From contig CAXXWS020000003.1 of NCBI GenBank assembly GCA_963665325.3, forward strand, positions 672,001 to 736,000: a stretch of DNA of 64,000 bases, given 5' to 3'. The notes below the pieces were generated by a model that was not told the origin of the DNA, made no database searches, and was given only the letters and a program-made list of their open reading frames with translations. Positions 33,695 through 41,768 of the stretch are shown one piece after another (within the stretch, counting starts at the first letter, position 1; each line of letters begins with the position of its first letter). The position numbers and the translations under genes were made by a program. This DNA is from Alphaproteobacteria bacterium. GTDB taxonomy: Bacteria; Pseudomonadota; Alphaproteobacteria; Bin95.

Positions 33695-35076
33695 CGGCCC
33701 GCCCCTCCGGTCTCCGCAGCATAGGTTTCGCAGAGCAACGCGGCTTCGTCGAGTGTCTCCGCCACGCCGAAGACATAGCGGTCGGGCCTGAGCAATGCCG
33801 CCGCAAGCCCGTGTCCGGCAAGCCAGTCGTTTCCCGCCGCGACCGCCGGCACGCCATGGCTGTCCATGGCCGCATGCTCGCGCAGCAGCAATGCAGGGCC
33901 GAGGCCCACCGCATCGTCGAGGCGCCGCCCGTCACCGAGGCGCGGCTGCGGCCCCGGACGGCCGGTCAGCGGGCTCCCGCCCCGGTGCAGCCCCGGTCCG
34001 AGGCGCGGACGGATCGATTCCATCCGGTCGGTACTCTCCCCCCGTGCGGCGGCAGCGCTCACCATGTCCTCCGTACCGGTCGCATTCAGCAGCCGGCCCA
34101 TGCGCACGGCAAGCTTCACATAGTCGCGCACATGGGGGATGCGCTCGCTCGCATAGCTGTCCAGCAGGGCCTCGGGCGCGCCGCCCTGAACGACGGCCGC
34201 CAGTTTCCAGGAGAGGTTGGCCGCGTCGCGGATGCCGGCGCACATGCCTTGCCCCATGAAGGGCGGTGTCTGGTGGGCGGCGTCGCCGGCGATCAGCAGC
34301 CGGCCCCGCCGCCAGCGCCGCGCGACCACGGCGTGGAAGGTGTAGACGACGGCGCGCTCGATCTCCGCGTCTTCCGGTCCGATCCACGGCGCGAGCAGCC
34401 GCCAGACCGTTTCGGGATCGTCGCCCTCGCCGTCCTCCACCCGGATTTCCCAGCGCCGCCGGCGGCCGGTGGTGCGCACATAGGTCGCGGGCCTCGCCGG
34501 ATCGCAGAATTGCCGGGTGTAGTCGCCGAGGTCGGGGCGCGGGCGCTTCAGAGCCAGGTCGATCACCAGCCAGCGTTCGTGGAAGCCAAGGTCCTCGCTG
34601 CCGCCGCCGATTGCCGCGCGCACGTCCGAGCGCGCGCCGTCGCAGCCGACGACATAGCGCGCATTCAACGCCTCGGGATCGCCGACCTCGTGTCCGAGCC
34701 GCACCCGGACATGGCCGAACCGCCGCAGCCCGGCGCGCAGCACGCCTTCCAGCGTCGGCTGGTGGAAGCGGTAGCTCTCGTGCCAGCCCTGCGGGCCTTC
34801 TTCCATCCGCCGCGACCAGTCGAGCATCACCCGCCCGTCGCCGTCCACGAACAGCGTGCCGGGCGAGACATGCGTGCCCGCCGCGATCTCCCCGGCGAGA
34901 CCGATGGACTGGAAGACGCGCATGACCTCGTCGTCGAAATGCACCGCGCGCGGCAGCGCATAGGCCGTCCGGTCGCGCTCGAAGACATCGACCCGGAGGC
35001 CCAGGCGCCCCAGCAGATTGGCGAGGGTCGCCCCCACGGGCCCCAGTCCGACGATGGCGATGTCTGCGCTGGTCAT
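33691..35076 (-). CDS. FAD-dependent aromatic hydroxylase (MhpA-like)
   Basis: GLGPVG, PRAVHFDDE, GCDGARS, AGDAAHQTPPFMGQGMCAGIRDA.NL.WK, LRPDRYV. Confidence 0.9.
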   Translation of the reverse strand: MTSADIAIVGLGPVGATLANLLGRLGLRVDVFERDRTAYALPRAVHFDDEVMRVFQSIGLAGEIAAGTHVSPGTLFVDGDGRVMLDWSRRMEEGPQGWHESYRFHQPTLEGVLRAGLRRFGHVRVRLGHEVGDPEALNARYVVGCDGARSDVRAAIGGGSEDLGFHERWLVIDLALKRPRPDLGDYTRQFCDPARPATYVRTTGRRRRWEIRVEDGEGDDPETVWRLLAPWIGPEDAEIERAVVYTFHAVVARRWRRGRLLIAGDAAHQTPPFMGQGMCAGIRDAANLSWKLAAVVQGGAPEALLDSYASERIPHVRDYVKLAVRMGRLLNATGTEDMVSAAAARGESTDRMESIRPRLGPGLHRGGSPLTGRPGPQPRLGDGRRLDDAVGLGPALLLREHAAMDSHGVPAVAAGNDWLAGHGLAAALLRPDRYVFGVAETLDEAALLCETYAAETGGAGR

Positions 35077-35140
35077 GCTTGTCCGGCAGCGGCGGGAGCG
35101 GCAGACTCGCACGAGTCCCCCTCGAAGGAGAAGCTGAGGA

Positions 35141-36004
35141 ATGGCGAAGCTGCGCGAAATGATTGCGGGGCCGGAGCCGGTGCTGGCGCCGCTCGTGCTC
35201 AACCCGCTGATGGCGAAGCTGGCGGAGAATGCGGGCTTTCGCGCGCTCTATCTCGGCGGCGGCGCTACCGGCTACATGAAGGTGTGTCTGGAAGCCAATC
35301 TCACGCTGACCGAAATGTGCCAGACGGCCATCGAGGTCGGCGCGGTGACGCCGCTGCCGCTCATCTTCGACGCCGCCGCCGGCTTCGGCGACCCGATGCA
35401 CATGCGCCGCACCATCGCCATGAGCGAGGCCGCCGGCTTCCAGGCCATCGAGATCGAGGACCAGTGGCTGCCGAAGCGCGCCCACCACCATATCGGCCTG
35501 GAGCATATGGTGGAGAAGGAAATCATGGCGGCGAAGGTCGCCGAAGCTGTTCGGGCCAGGCGCGGCGACGACCTGCTCATCGTCGCGCGCACCAATGCCG
35601 TCAGGGCCTCGAACATGGACGATGCCCTCGCCCGGGCCGAAGCCTACCGGGCCGCCGGCGCGGACCTGCTGCTGCTGTCGCCGCGCAATGCGGAGGAGGC
35701 GCGCTTCGTCGCCGAGCGGCTCGGCGGGCCGCTCATGTATCTCGCGAGCCCCGGCGGCATGGCCGATATCGGCATCGGCACGCAGGAGATGGCGGATATG
35801 GGCTGGAAGATCATCGCCGACCCGCAGACGCAGTTCCTCGCCTTCTACGAGAGGTCGAAGGCACTCTACCGGGAAATGACGGCCTCCTTCGCCTCGGCCG
35901 CCCACTCGCCGGAAGGCTGGCACAAGCTGCAGGACGAACTGCACGACGACATCGACCTGGAGGTACTGCTGGAAATCGAGCGGCGCACGGTGGAGAAGGG
36001 GTAG
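35141..36004 (+). CDS. Isocitrate lyase/PEP mutase superfamily enzyme
   Basis: AGF.ALYLGG, D..AGFG, IEDQ..PKR, IVARTNA, AY..AGAD. Confidence 0.88.
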   Translation: MAKLREMIAGPEPVLAPLVLNPLMAKLAENAGFRALYLGGGATGYMKVCLEANLTLTEMCQTAIEVGAVTPLPLIFDAAAGFGDPMHMRRTIAMSEAAGFQAIEIEDQWLPKRAHHHIGLEHMVEKEIMAAKVAEAVRARRGDDLLIVARTNAVRASNMDDALARAEAYRAAGADLLLLSPRNAEEARFVAERLGGPLMYLASPGGMADIGIGTQEMADMGWKIIADPQTQFLAFYERSKALYREMTASFASAAHSPEGWHKLQDELHDDIDLEVLLEIERRTVEKG

Positions 36005-36022
36005 GGGGACTGCCGGGTGTCT

Positions 36023-36073
36023 GCGGATTTCAGGCTAATTAAAAATCTGACTTTGAATTAGCCTGAAATCCGC
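36023..36073. repeat. 18-bp perfect inverted repeat overlapping the promoter of the AAA gene
   Basis: GCGGATTTCAGGCTAATT (36023-36040) and AATTAGCCTGAAATCCGC (36056-36073), with a 15-nt AT-rich spacer. Confidence 0.9.
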
Positions 36074-36085
36074 TAAACTCCCGCC

Positions 36086-37609
36086 ATGATCGAGCGTGAC
36101 CTCGCCCCCAGGCTGACGCGAGCGGCCCGGCAATGGCCGTCCGTCACGCTTACCGGCCCCCGGCAGAGCGGCAAGACGACGCTCTGCCGCTCCCTGTTCC
36201 CGCAGCATCCCTACGAGACGCTCGAAGCGCCGGACACGCGGGCCTTCGCCATCGAGGATCCGCGCGCCTTCCTGGCCCGTTTCCCGCATGGCGCCGTCCT
36301 CGACGAAATCCAGAGGGTGCCGGACCTGCTTTCTTACCTGCAGGGCATCATCGACGCCGACCCGGCGCCAGGGCGCTGGATACTCACGGGCTCCCAGAAC
36401 CTCGCCCTGCTCGAAACGGTCGGCCAGTCGCTGGCCGGAAGAACGGCGATCTACAATCTGCTCCCGCTGACCAGGGGCGAGACGGTCCGGTTCCCCCGGC
36501 ATCCCCGGACCCTCGACGAGGTCCTCTTCACCGGATCGTACCCGCGCATCTTCGACGAAGGGATAGACCCCGACGAATGGTTCCGTTCCTATGTCGCCGC
36601 CTATATCGAACGCGATGTGCGGACGATCGCCAATGTGGGCAATCTCGCGGCGTTCCAGCGGTTCGTCGCCCTTTGCGCCGGCCGGACGGCGCAACTGCTC
36701 AACTATTCGGCGCTGGCGGGCGATTGCGGCGTTTCGCAGCCCACCGCGAAAGCCTGGCTCAGCATCCTCGAAACGAGTTTCCTCATCTTTCGCCTGCCGG
36801 CGTTCCACGCGAATATCCGCAAACGCCTCGTGAGGATGCCGAAGCTGCACTTCTACGACACCGGGCTTGTCTGCTGGCTGCTCGGCATCCGCTCGCCCGA
36901 ACAGCTGCGCTCGCATCCGCTGCGCGGCCCGATCTTCGAGACCTGGGTCGTCTCGGAGGTCGCCAAACAGCGCGTCCACCGCGGCGAACCGGGCGGGCTC
37001 TTCTTTTACCGCGACAGGAACGGGGCGGAGGCCGATCTCATCCTCCAGGGCCCCGAGGGACCGGCAATTGTCGAAGCCAAATCCGCCGAAACCGCATCCT
37101 CCGGCCTGTTCGCCGGCAACGAGCGGGTGCGGCGGAGCCTCGCCGGGGATGACGGTTCGCTCCCCGCCGCCGTCATCTACGGTGGCGACCGGCCGCAGCG
37201 CCGGGGAGCGGACCGCCTGGTCCCCTGGCGGAAATTGCGCGAGTTCGAAATGACGACGCTCACCGATGCGGACATCAAGAGACTCGCCACAAGATCCGGA
37301 CCCGAACAGTCCCTCGCCTTCTACGACATGGCGCGGCGCGTCCGTGAAAACCCTTCGAACTGGGCCGAAGAGGGGACGATGCGCTGGAGTCCTCTGGACC
37401 TCACCCGCGCGCCAAACGCCGCCGAAATCGAGTGGGCGTTCCTGGAATGCTCCCGCCAACTAAGCGGCGAGGAACATGACGAAGTCCGGCAGGACCGGGC
37501 TACGAGAATGGATGAACTCGACCGCCTCCCGACGAAGGACTCGGATTCGCTCAAGACCCGCTACCATGCAGCGCTGGTTGAGGAAATGCGCCGGCAGGAG
37601 GACGCATAG
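36086..37609 (+). CDS. AAA_14 ATPase + DUF4143 (PD-(D/E)xK-type) protein with a ~119-aa C-terminal extension
   Basis: GPRQSGKTT, LDEIQ, LTGSQ, SLAGR, YIERD, PKLHFYDTG, FETWV, YRD..G.EADL...VEAK. Confidence 0.9.
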   Translation: MIERDLAPRLTRAARQWPSVTLTGPRQSGKTTLCRSLFPQHPYETLEAPDTRAFAIEDPRAFLARFPHGAVLDEIQRVPDLLSYLQGIIDADPAPGRWILTGSQNLALLETVGQSLAGRTAIYNLLPLTRGETVRFPRHPRTLDEVLFTGSYPRIFDEGIDPDEWFRSYVAAYIERDVRTIANVGNLAAFQRFVALCAGRTAQLLNYSALAGDCGVSQPTAKAWLSILETSFLIFRLPAFHANIRKRLVRMPKLHFYDTGLVCWLLGIRSPEQLRSHPLRGPIFETWVVSEVAKQRVHRGEPGGLFFYRDRNGAEADLILQGPEGPAIVEAKSAETASSGLFAGNERVRRSLAGDDGSLPAAVIYGGDRPQRRGADRLVPWRKLREFEMTTLTDADIKRLATRSGPEQSLAFYDMARRVRENPSNWAEEGTMRWSPLDLTRAPNAAEIEWAFLECSRQLSGEEHDEVRQDRATRMDELDRLPTKDSDSLKTRYHAALVEEMRRQEDA

Positions 37610-37791
37610 CCGGGCCTCGGGGCCCATCGACAGCCGGCCTCTGCATTCCTTCATACACCGACCGGGAGCTTCGCCCCAACATCCCAATGCCGTCCTCGAC
37701 CGCCCGGAGAAAATCTCCTCGCGTGTCGAACGTTCAGCGCTGGACCATTTCAGCCTGAAGGGGCTCCGCACCGAACCGCGCCCGCCCGCCG

Positions 37792-38214
37792 TCAACCGGG
37801 GGCGGCGGCCTTGGGGGCCGGCTTGCGGCGGCGCCATGCGAGGCGGCGTCCGCGCCCGAGGCCGTGGCGTTTCAGGAAGCGCTGCAGCGAGGCCGCGCCG
37901 AAGGCCAGGCCCCCGGCGGCGAGCGCCCGCTGCAGCGCGCGGACGGAGAGGCCCGGCCGTTCCTCCAGAAGGTGGAAAATCCGCTCCCGCTCCGGCTCGG
38001 TCCGCGACGGGCGGCCGCTCCTCGGGTCGGCAAGCAGGTGGCCGCGCTCCCGGTAGCGCCTTACCCAGAGCGAGACGCTCGATGCGGCCACGTCGAAGCG
38101 CCGGGCCGCGGCCCGCCCGCTCATCCCCTCCTCCAGCACCGCCGCAACCGCCCGCCGGCGCAAGTCCTCGCCCACGGGCCTGCCCCGCTTCCGCTCCGTG
38201 AATATCTCCGTCAT
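37792..38214 (-). CDS. IS630-transposase-type HTH protein without a DDE domain
   Basis: DLRRRAVAAV.EGMS.RAAARRF.VA.SSV..WVRRYRERG...GRP...L..F..RHG; GGAGG SD; no catalytic ORF follows. Confidence 0.75.
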   Translation of the reverse strand: MTEIFTERKRGRPVGEDLRRRAVAAVLEEGMSGRAAARRFDVAASSVSLWVRRYRERGHLLADPRSGRPSRTEPERERIFHLLEERPGLSVRALQRALAAGGLAFGAASLQRFLKRHGLGRGRRLAWRRRKPAPKAAAPG

Positions 38215-38232
38215 CCGCCCTCCCCGGCCGCC

Positions 38233-38306
38233 CCCGGCGCTGCATGTTCTCTAACGGAACATCACGCCGCCCGCGGCCCGGCGCTGTATTTTCTCCAACG
38301 GAACAT
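38233..38306. repeat. Two 30-bp direct repeats (44-bp period) with a palindromic core
   Basis: CCCGGCGCTGCATGTTCTCTAACGGAACAT (38233-38262) vs CCCGGCGCTGTATTTTCTCCAACGGAACAT (38277-38306), 27/30 identical; core ATGTTC-N7-GAACAT. Confidence 0.85.
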
Positions 38307-38583
38307 TGCGCGCCCGCGCCCGGCAGGCGCGCGCAGCTTCCCCGTTTGCCGCCCCCGGCGCTTTCAGCTGCCCGAATCCCGCGCCATGGCCGCAATGCGG
38401 CTCGTTTCGTCAGGTCATCGTTCCCGCTTCATACAGTTGAAAGCAGGAAAATAGAGTATATATTCCCATATTACAACCCCGGGAAGAAAGATATCCACAG
38501 GGCGCACGGCGTCGCCCGTCCCCGCCCTTATCCTGGGCAGCGACCGCGTCGGCAGCCTGCCCCGAGCCTGCCGAAGGGAGCGC

Positions 38584-38715
38584 CCCTCGATACGCGGCTG
38601 GCGCCGCTACTCGGGATGAGGGTCGAACGGGACTGGCGCCGCTACTCGCGATGAGGGGCTTGTGGTCCCGCCCCCGACCCTCATCCTGAGTAGCCGCAAA
38701 GCGGCGTATCGAAGG
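38584..38715. repeat. REP/RIME-like alphaproteobacterial palindromic element
   Basis: CCCTCGATACGC...CTACTCGGGATGAGGGTCG (38584-38625) is inverted relative to CGACCCTCATCCTGAGTAG...GCGTATCGAAGG (38675-38715); internal partial duplicate at 38633-38657. Confidence 0.8.
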
Positions 38716-38752
38716 ACCGCCTGCGCGCCGTTTCCGGCCCGCCTCTCCGGCG

Positions 38753-40474
38753 TCAGGCGCCGGCGGTGCCGCCCCGGATCAGCGTTCCCGAGCGCGCGCC
38801 GGTGGGCTCGCCGTCGCGGAGCGTGACCGCGCCGCCCACCACCGTCGCCGCGAAGCCCTCGGCCTTCTGCACCAGGCGGCGCGCGCCGCCGGGCAGGTCG
38901 GTCTCCACCGTGGGCAGGCAGGGGCTTACGCCCTCCTCGTCGAAGACGACGATGTCGGCGGCCATTCCCGCGCGCAGCAGGCCCCGGTCGCGCATGTCCC
39001 AGGCCGCGGCGTTCTCGAAGGTCAGCATCCGCACCGCCTCCTCCAGGCTGAACGCCTGCTTGTCGCGCACCCAGTAGCTCAGCAGGTGTGTCTGCAGCGA
39101 CGAGCCCATCTCCTGGCAGACATGTGCGCCCGGGTCCGAGAAGGTCGCGAGCGTGCGCGGGTTCTTCAGCATCTCGCGCACTTCCAGCGGTTTCTCGTTG
39201 ACCAGCGGCTGGACGAACATGAGGTCCTCGTTCTCCGCCATCAGGTCGAGCATCACCTCGACCGGGTTGCGGCCCGAGGACTGCGCCAGGTCCTCGACGC
39301 TGGGATCGTCCCATTTCACGTCGAACATCGGGAACAGGTTGGCGTAGTCCGGCTTGCGCGGGTCGGTGGTGGCCGCACCGCCGCCCTGGAACTCGGTGCC
39401 CTTGGGCTTCATCCCGGCTTCGGCGGCGACCAGCCCGGCGCGAACCTCCGGGTCCTGGAAGCGGGCCTTCTGCTCCTCGACCGGCAGATTGCGGATCTCG
39501 TTCCAGACCGGCAGCGCGTCGAAGGGCAGGTAGGACTTCATCGAGAAGAGCGCGTTGATCGACCGCGTGGTGGCCTGCCCGAAGACCCGGCCGCCCTCGG
39601 CCGCAACGCGGTCCATCCACTCGAACTGGTATGTGAACGGGTTGGGGTTGTCGCCCTGGCTCGACGAGAGCGCGCCCAGCATGAGCGGGCGGCGGCTCGA
39701 TACGGCGATCCTGCCGAGCTCCGCGTAGCATGCCTTCTGCGCCTCGCCGCCGGAGACATCCGGCCCGACCTGGAAGATGCCGGCGTTCAGCTCGCCCATC
39801 GCGCCCACCAGATGCGCGATCTCCGACCAGGCCGCGATACGGCTCGCGACCGGCTCGCCGTCCGGACGGATATGGGTGTTGGCCCGGGACGAGGAGAAGC
39901 CCATGGCGCCGACCCCGAGCGCCTCCTGCACCAGGTGGGCCATCAGCTTCAGGTCGTCGTCATCGGCCTCGCGGTCGAGCGCGCGGTCCCCCATCGCATA
40001 CATGCGCAGCGCCGAGTGGCCGATATAGGCGGCGTAGTTGATGGCCTTGGGGAACGAGTCGACGGCGGCCATATATTCCGGGAAGGTCTCCCAGCGCCAG
40101 TCGATGCCGGCGACCATGGCGTCCTTGGGGATGTCCTCCACCGCTTCAAGGCACTCGGCATACCACTCCCGCGCCTCGGGCTTGCAGGGCGCCAGCGCGA
40201 AACCGCAATTGCCCATCACCACCGTGGTCACGCCGTGCCAGCAGGAACAGCTTCCGAGCGGGTCCCAGGCCACCTGGGCGTCCATATGCGTGTGCCCGTC
40301 TATGAAACCCGGCGCGACGATCATGCCCTCGGCGTCGATTACTTCGTCGGCGGGGCTGCGTATCCGCCCGATCTCGGCAATGCGGCCCTGCCTGACGCCG
40401 ATATCCGCCCGGTAGCGGGGCATTCCGGAGCCGTCCACCACCGTGCCGTTCCGGATGAGAAGATCGAAAGACAT
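38753..40474 (-). CDS. N-acyl-D-amino-acid deacylase family amidohydrolase
   Basis: PGFIDGHTHMD, GVTTVVMGNCG, SDPGAH, DRGLL..G.AADIVVFD. Confidence 0.9.
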   Translation of the reverse strand: MSFDLLIRNGTVVDGSGMPRYRADIGVRQGRIAEIGRIRSPADEVIDAEGMIVAPGFIDGHTHMDAQVAWDPLGSCSCWHGVTTVVMGNCGFALAPCKPEAREWYAECLEAVEDIPKDAMVAGIDWRWETFPEYMAAVDSFPKAINYAAYIGHSALRMYAMGDRALDREADDDDLKLMAHLVQEALGVGAMGFSSSRANTHIRPDGEPVASRIAAWSEIAHLVGAMGELNAGIFQVGPDVSGGEAQKACYAELGRIAVSSRRPLMLGALSSSQGDNPNPFTYQFEWMDRVAAEGGRVFGQATTRSINALFSMKSYLPFDALPVWNEIRNLPVEEQKARFQDPEVRAGLVAAEAGMKPKGTEFQGGGAATTDPRKPDYANLFPMFDVKWDDPSVEDLAQSSGRNPVEVMLDLMAENEDLMFVQPLVNEKPLEVREMLKNPRTLATFSDPGAHVCQEMGSSLQTHLLSYWVRDKQAFSLEEAVRMLTFENAAAWDMRDRGLLRAGMAADIVVFDEEGVSPCLPTVETDLPGGARRLVQKAEGFAATVVGGAVTLRDGEPTGARSGTLIRGGTAGA

Positions 40475-40562
40475 CGCGCGCTACCCCGAAGGCTGTTTCA
40501 TTCGGGCGGAACCGTAACAGCCCCGGAATGGTGCGACAATGCGCCCACGGTGACCCGCGGAG

Positions 40563-41759
40563 TCAGCGCGTGTCCACCTTCAGCACGATGGCCGCTGCGC
40601 TGTCGCCCGCCGCGCAGCCGGTGAAGAGCCCGTATCCGCCGCCCCTGAGCGCCAGTTCCTCGATCAGCTCCACCACCAGGCGCATGCCCGTCGGACCCTG
40701 TGGATGGCCGAAAATGAGCGATGAGCCGTAATTGTTCATCCGTTCGGCCTCGAACCCCGTCGCCTCGGCGAAATAGAGATCGTTCACGGCGAAGGGGTTA
40801 TGCGTCTTGACGACGGCGATCTCGTCCATCCCGAGCTCCGCATCGGCCAGCGCTGCCTCGGCCGCCGCGACCGGTGCCATGCCCATATAGGCTTTCTCCG
40901 CTCGCCCCTCGCCGAAAGCGAGGAGTTGCACGGAGATGGTCTCGTCCCGGCCGAGTTCCCCGGCCTGCTCCGCGGTGCCCAGCAGCATGCCGGCATTTCC
41001 GTCCGCCGGATGGGTCTGCGCCGCGGCGGTGACGGTCCCGTTCCCGATAACGGGCGCGAGTGCCGCCACGCGCTCTTCGGTACGCTCGCGGATGCCCTCG
41101 TCGCCGGAGACGGTCGTCGCCTGACGCTTCCCGCCAACCGGGACATCCACCATGTAGCGGCGCTGAAACGCGCAGTCGTCGGCGAGTGCCATGCCGTATT
41201 GCTCTTGCCGGAGGAGCGCCAGGTCGTCCTGCGCCCGTCGCGAATATCCGAACCGCGCGGCGATGTTCTCGGCGGTCTGGATCATGGCCACATCGGCATA
41301 GGGGTCTTCGTTGAAATTGTCCCACACCCAATGTTCGGTGACGCCCCGGCCTCCGGGCCCGCCGGGATCGGGATAGTAGAGCGTGGGTCCGTTGCTGATC
41401 CGGTCCGCCGCAAGCGCCAGGGTCCGGGCGCTGCCGCCGAGCTCCACGGCGCCGGCGGCCGAGGCGATGACCCGTGCCGAGGTGGCGCAGGCCTGAGACA
41501 GCGTCGGCCCTGTGACCCGGTCCGCGCCGATCAGCGCGCCGATCCAGGGCGCGCCCCAGAAGCTCTTGTGCTGTGGAACCGTCATGCCGAAATGGATGCC
41601 GTCCAGGCTCTCCGGCTCGCACCCCGCCGCATCGAGGAATGCAGAGGCGCAGGAGGCGGCAAGCCGTATCGGGTGTTCGCCGCTCAGGCGGCCCTGCCAG
41701 CGGCAGAAGGGCGTGCTCCAGTAGCCGCCGTAAGGGATATGGACCTTCTCGAATCGCAT
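40563..41759 (-). CDS. Thiolase family protein
   Basis: QACATS (Cys nucleophile), HPADG, HNPF in place of NEAF, GHPQGPTG, GCAAG. Confidence 0.88.
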   Translation of the reverse strand: MRFEKVHIPYGGYWSTPFCRWQGRLSGEHPIRLAASCASAFLDAAGCEPESLDGIHFGMTVPQHKSFWGAPWIGALIGADRVTGPTLSQACATSARVIASAAGAVELGGSARTLALAADRISNGPTLYYPDPGGPGGRGVTEHWVWDNFNEDPYADVAMIQTAENIAARFGYSRRAQDDLALLRQEQYGMALADDCAFQRRYMVDVPVGGKRQATTVSGDEGIRERTEERVAALAPVIGNGTVTAAAQTHPADGNAGMLLGTAEQAGELGRDETISVQLLAFGEGRAEKAYMGMAPVAAAEAALADAELGMDEIAVVKTHNPFAVNDLYFAEATGFEAERMNNYGSSLIFGHPQGPTGMRLVVELIEELALRGGGYGLFTGCAAGDSAAAIVLKVDTR

Positions 41760-41768
41760 CGCTGCACC

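Noticed and set aside
38244-38306. Possible LexA box
   Set aside because: The alphaproteobacterial SOS box is the direct repeat GTTC-N7-GTTC. This site is the inverted GTTC-N7-GAAC.
38233-38306. Possible mini-CRISPR
   Set aside because: Only two repeats, a 14-nt spacer and no cas genes.
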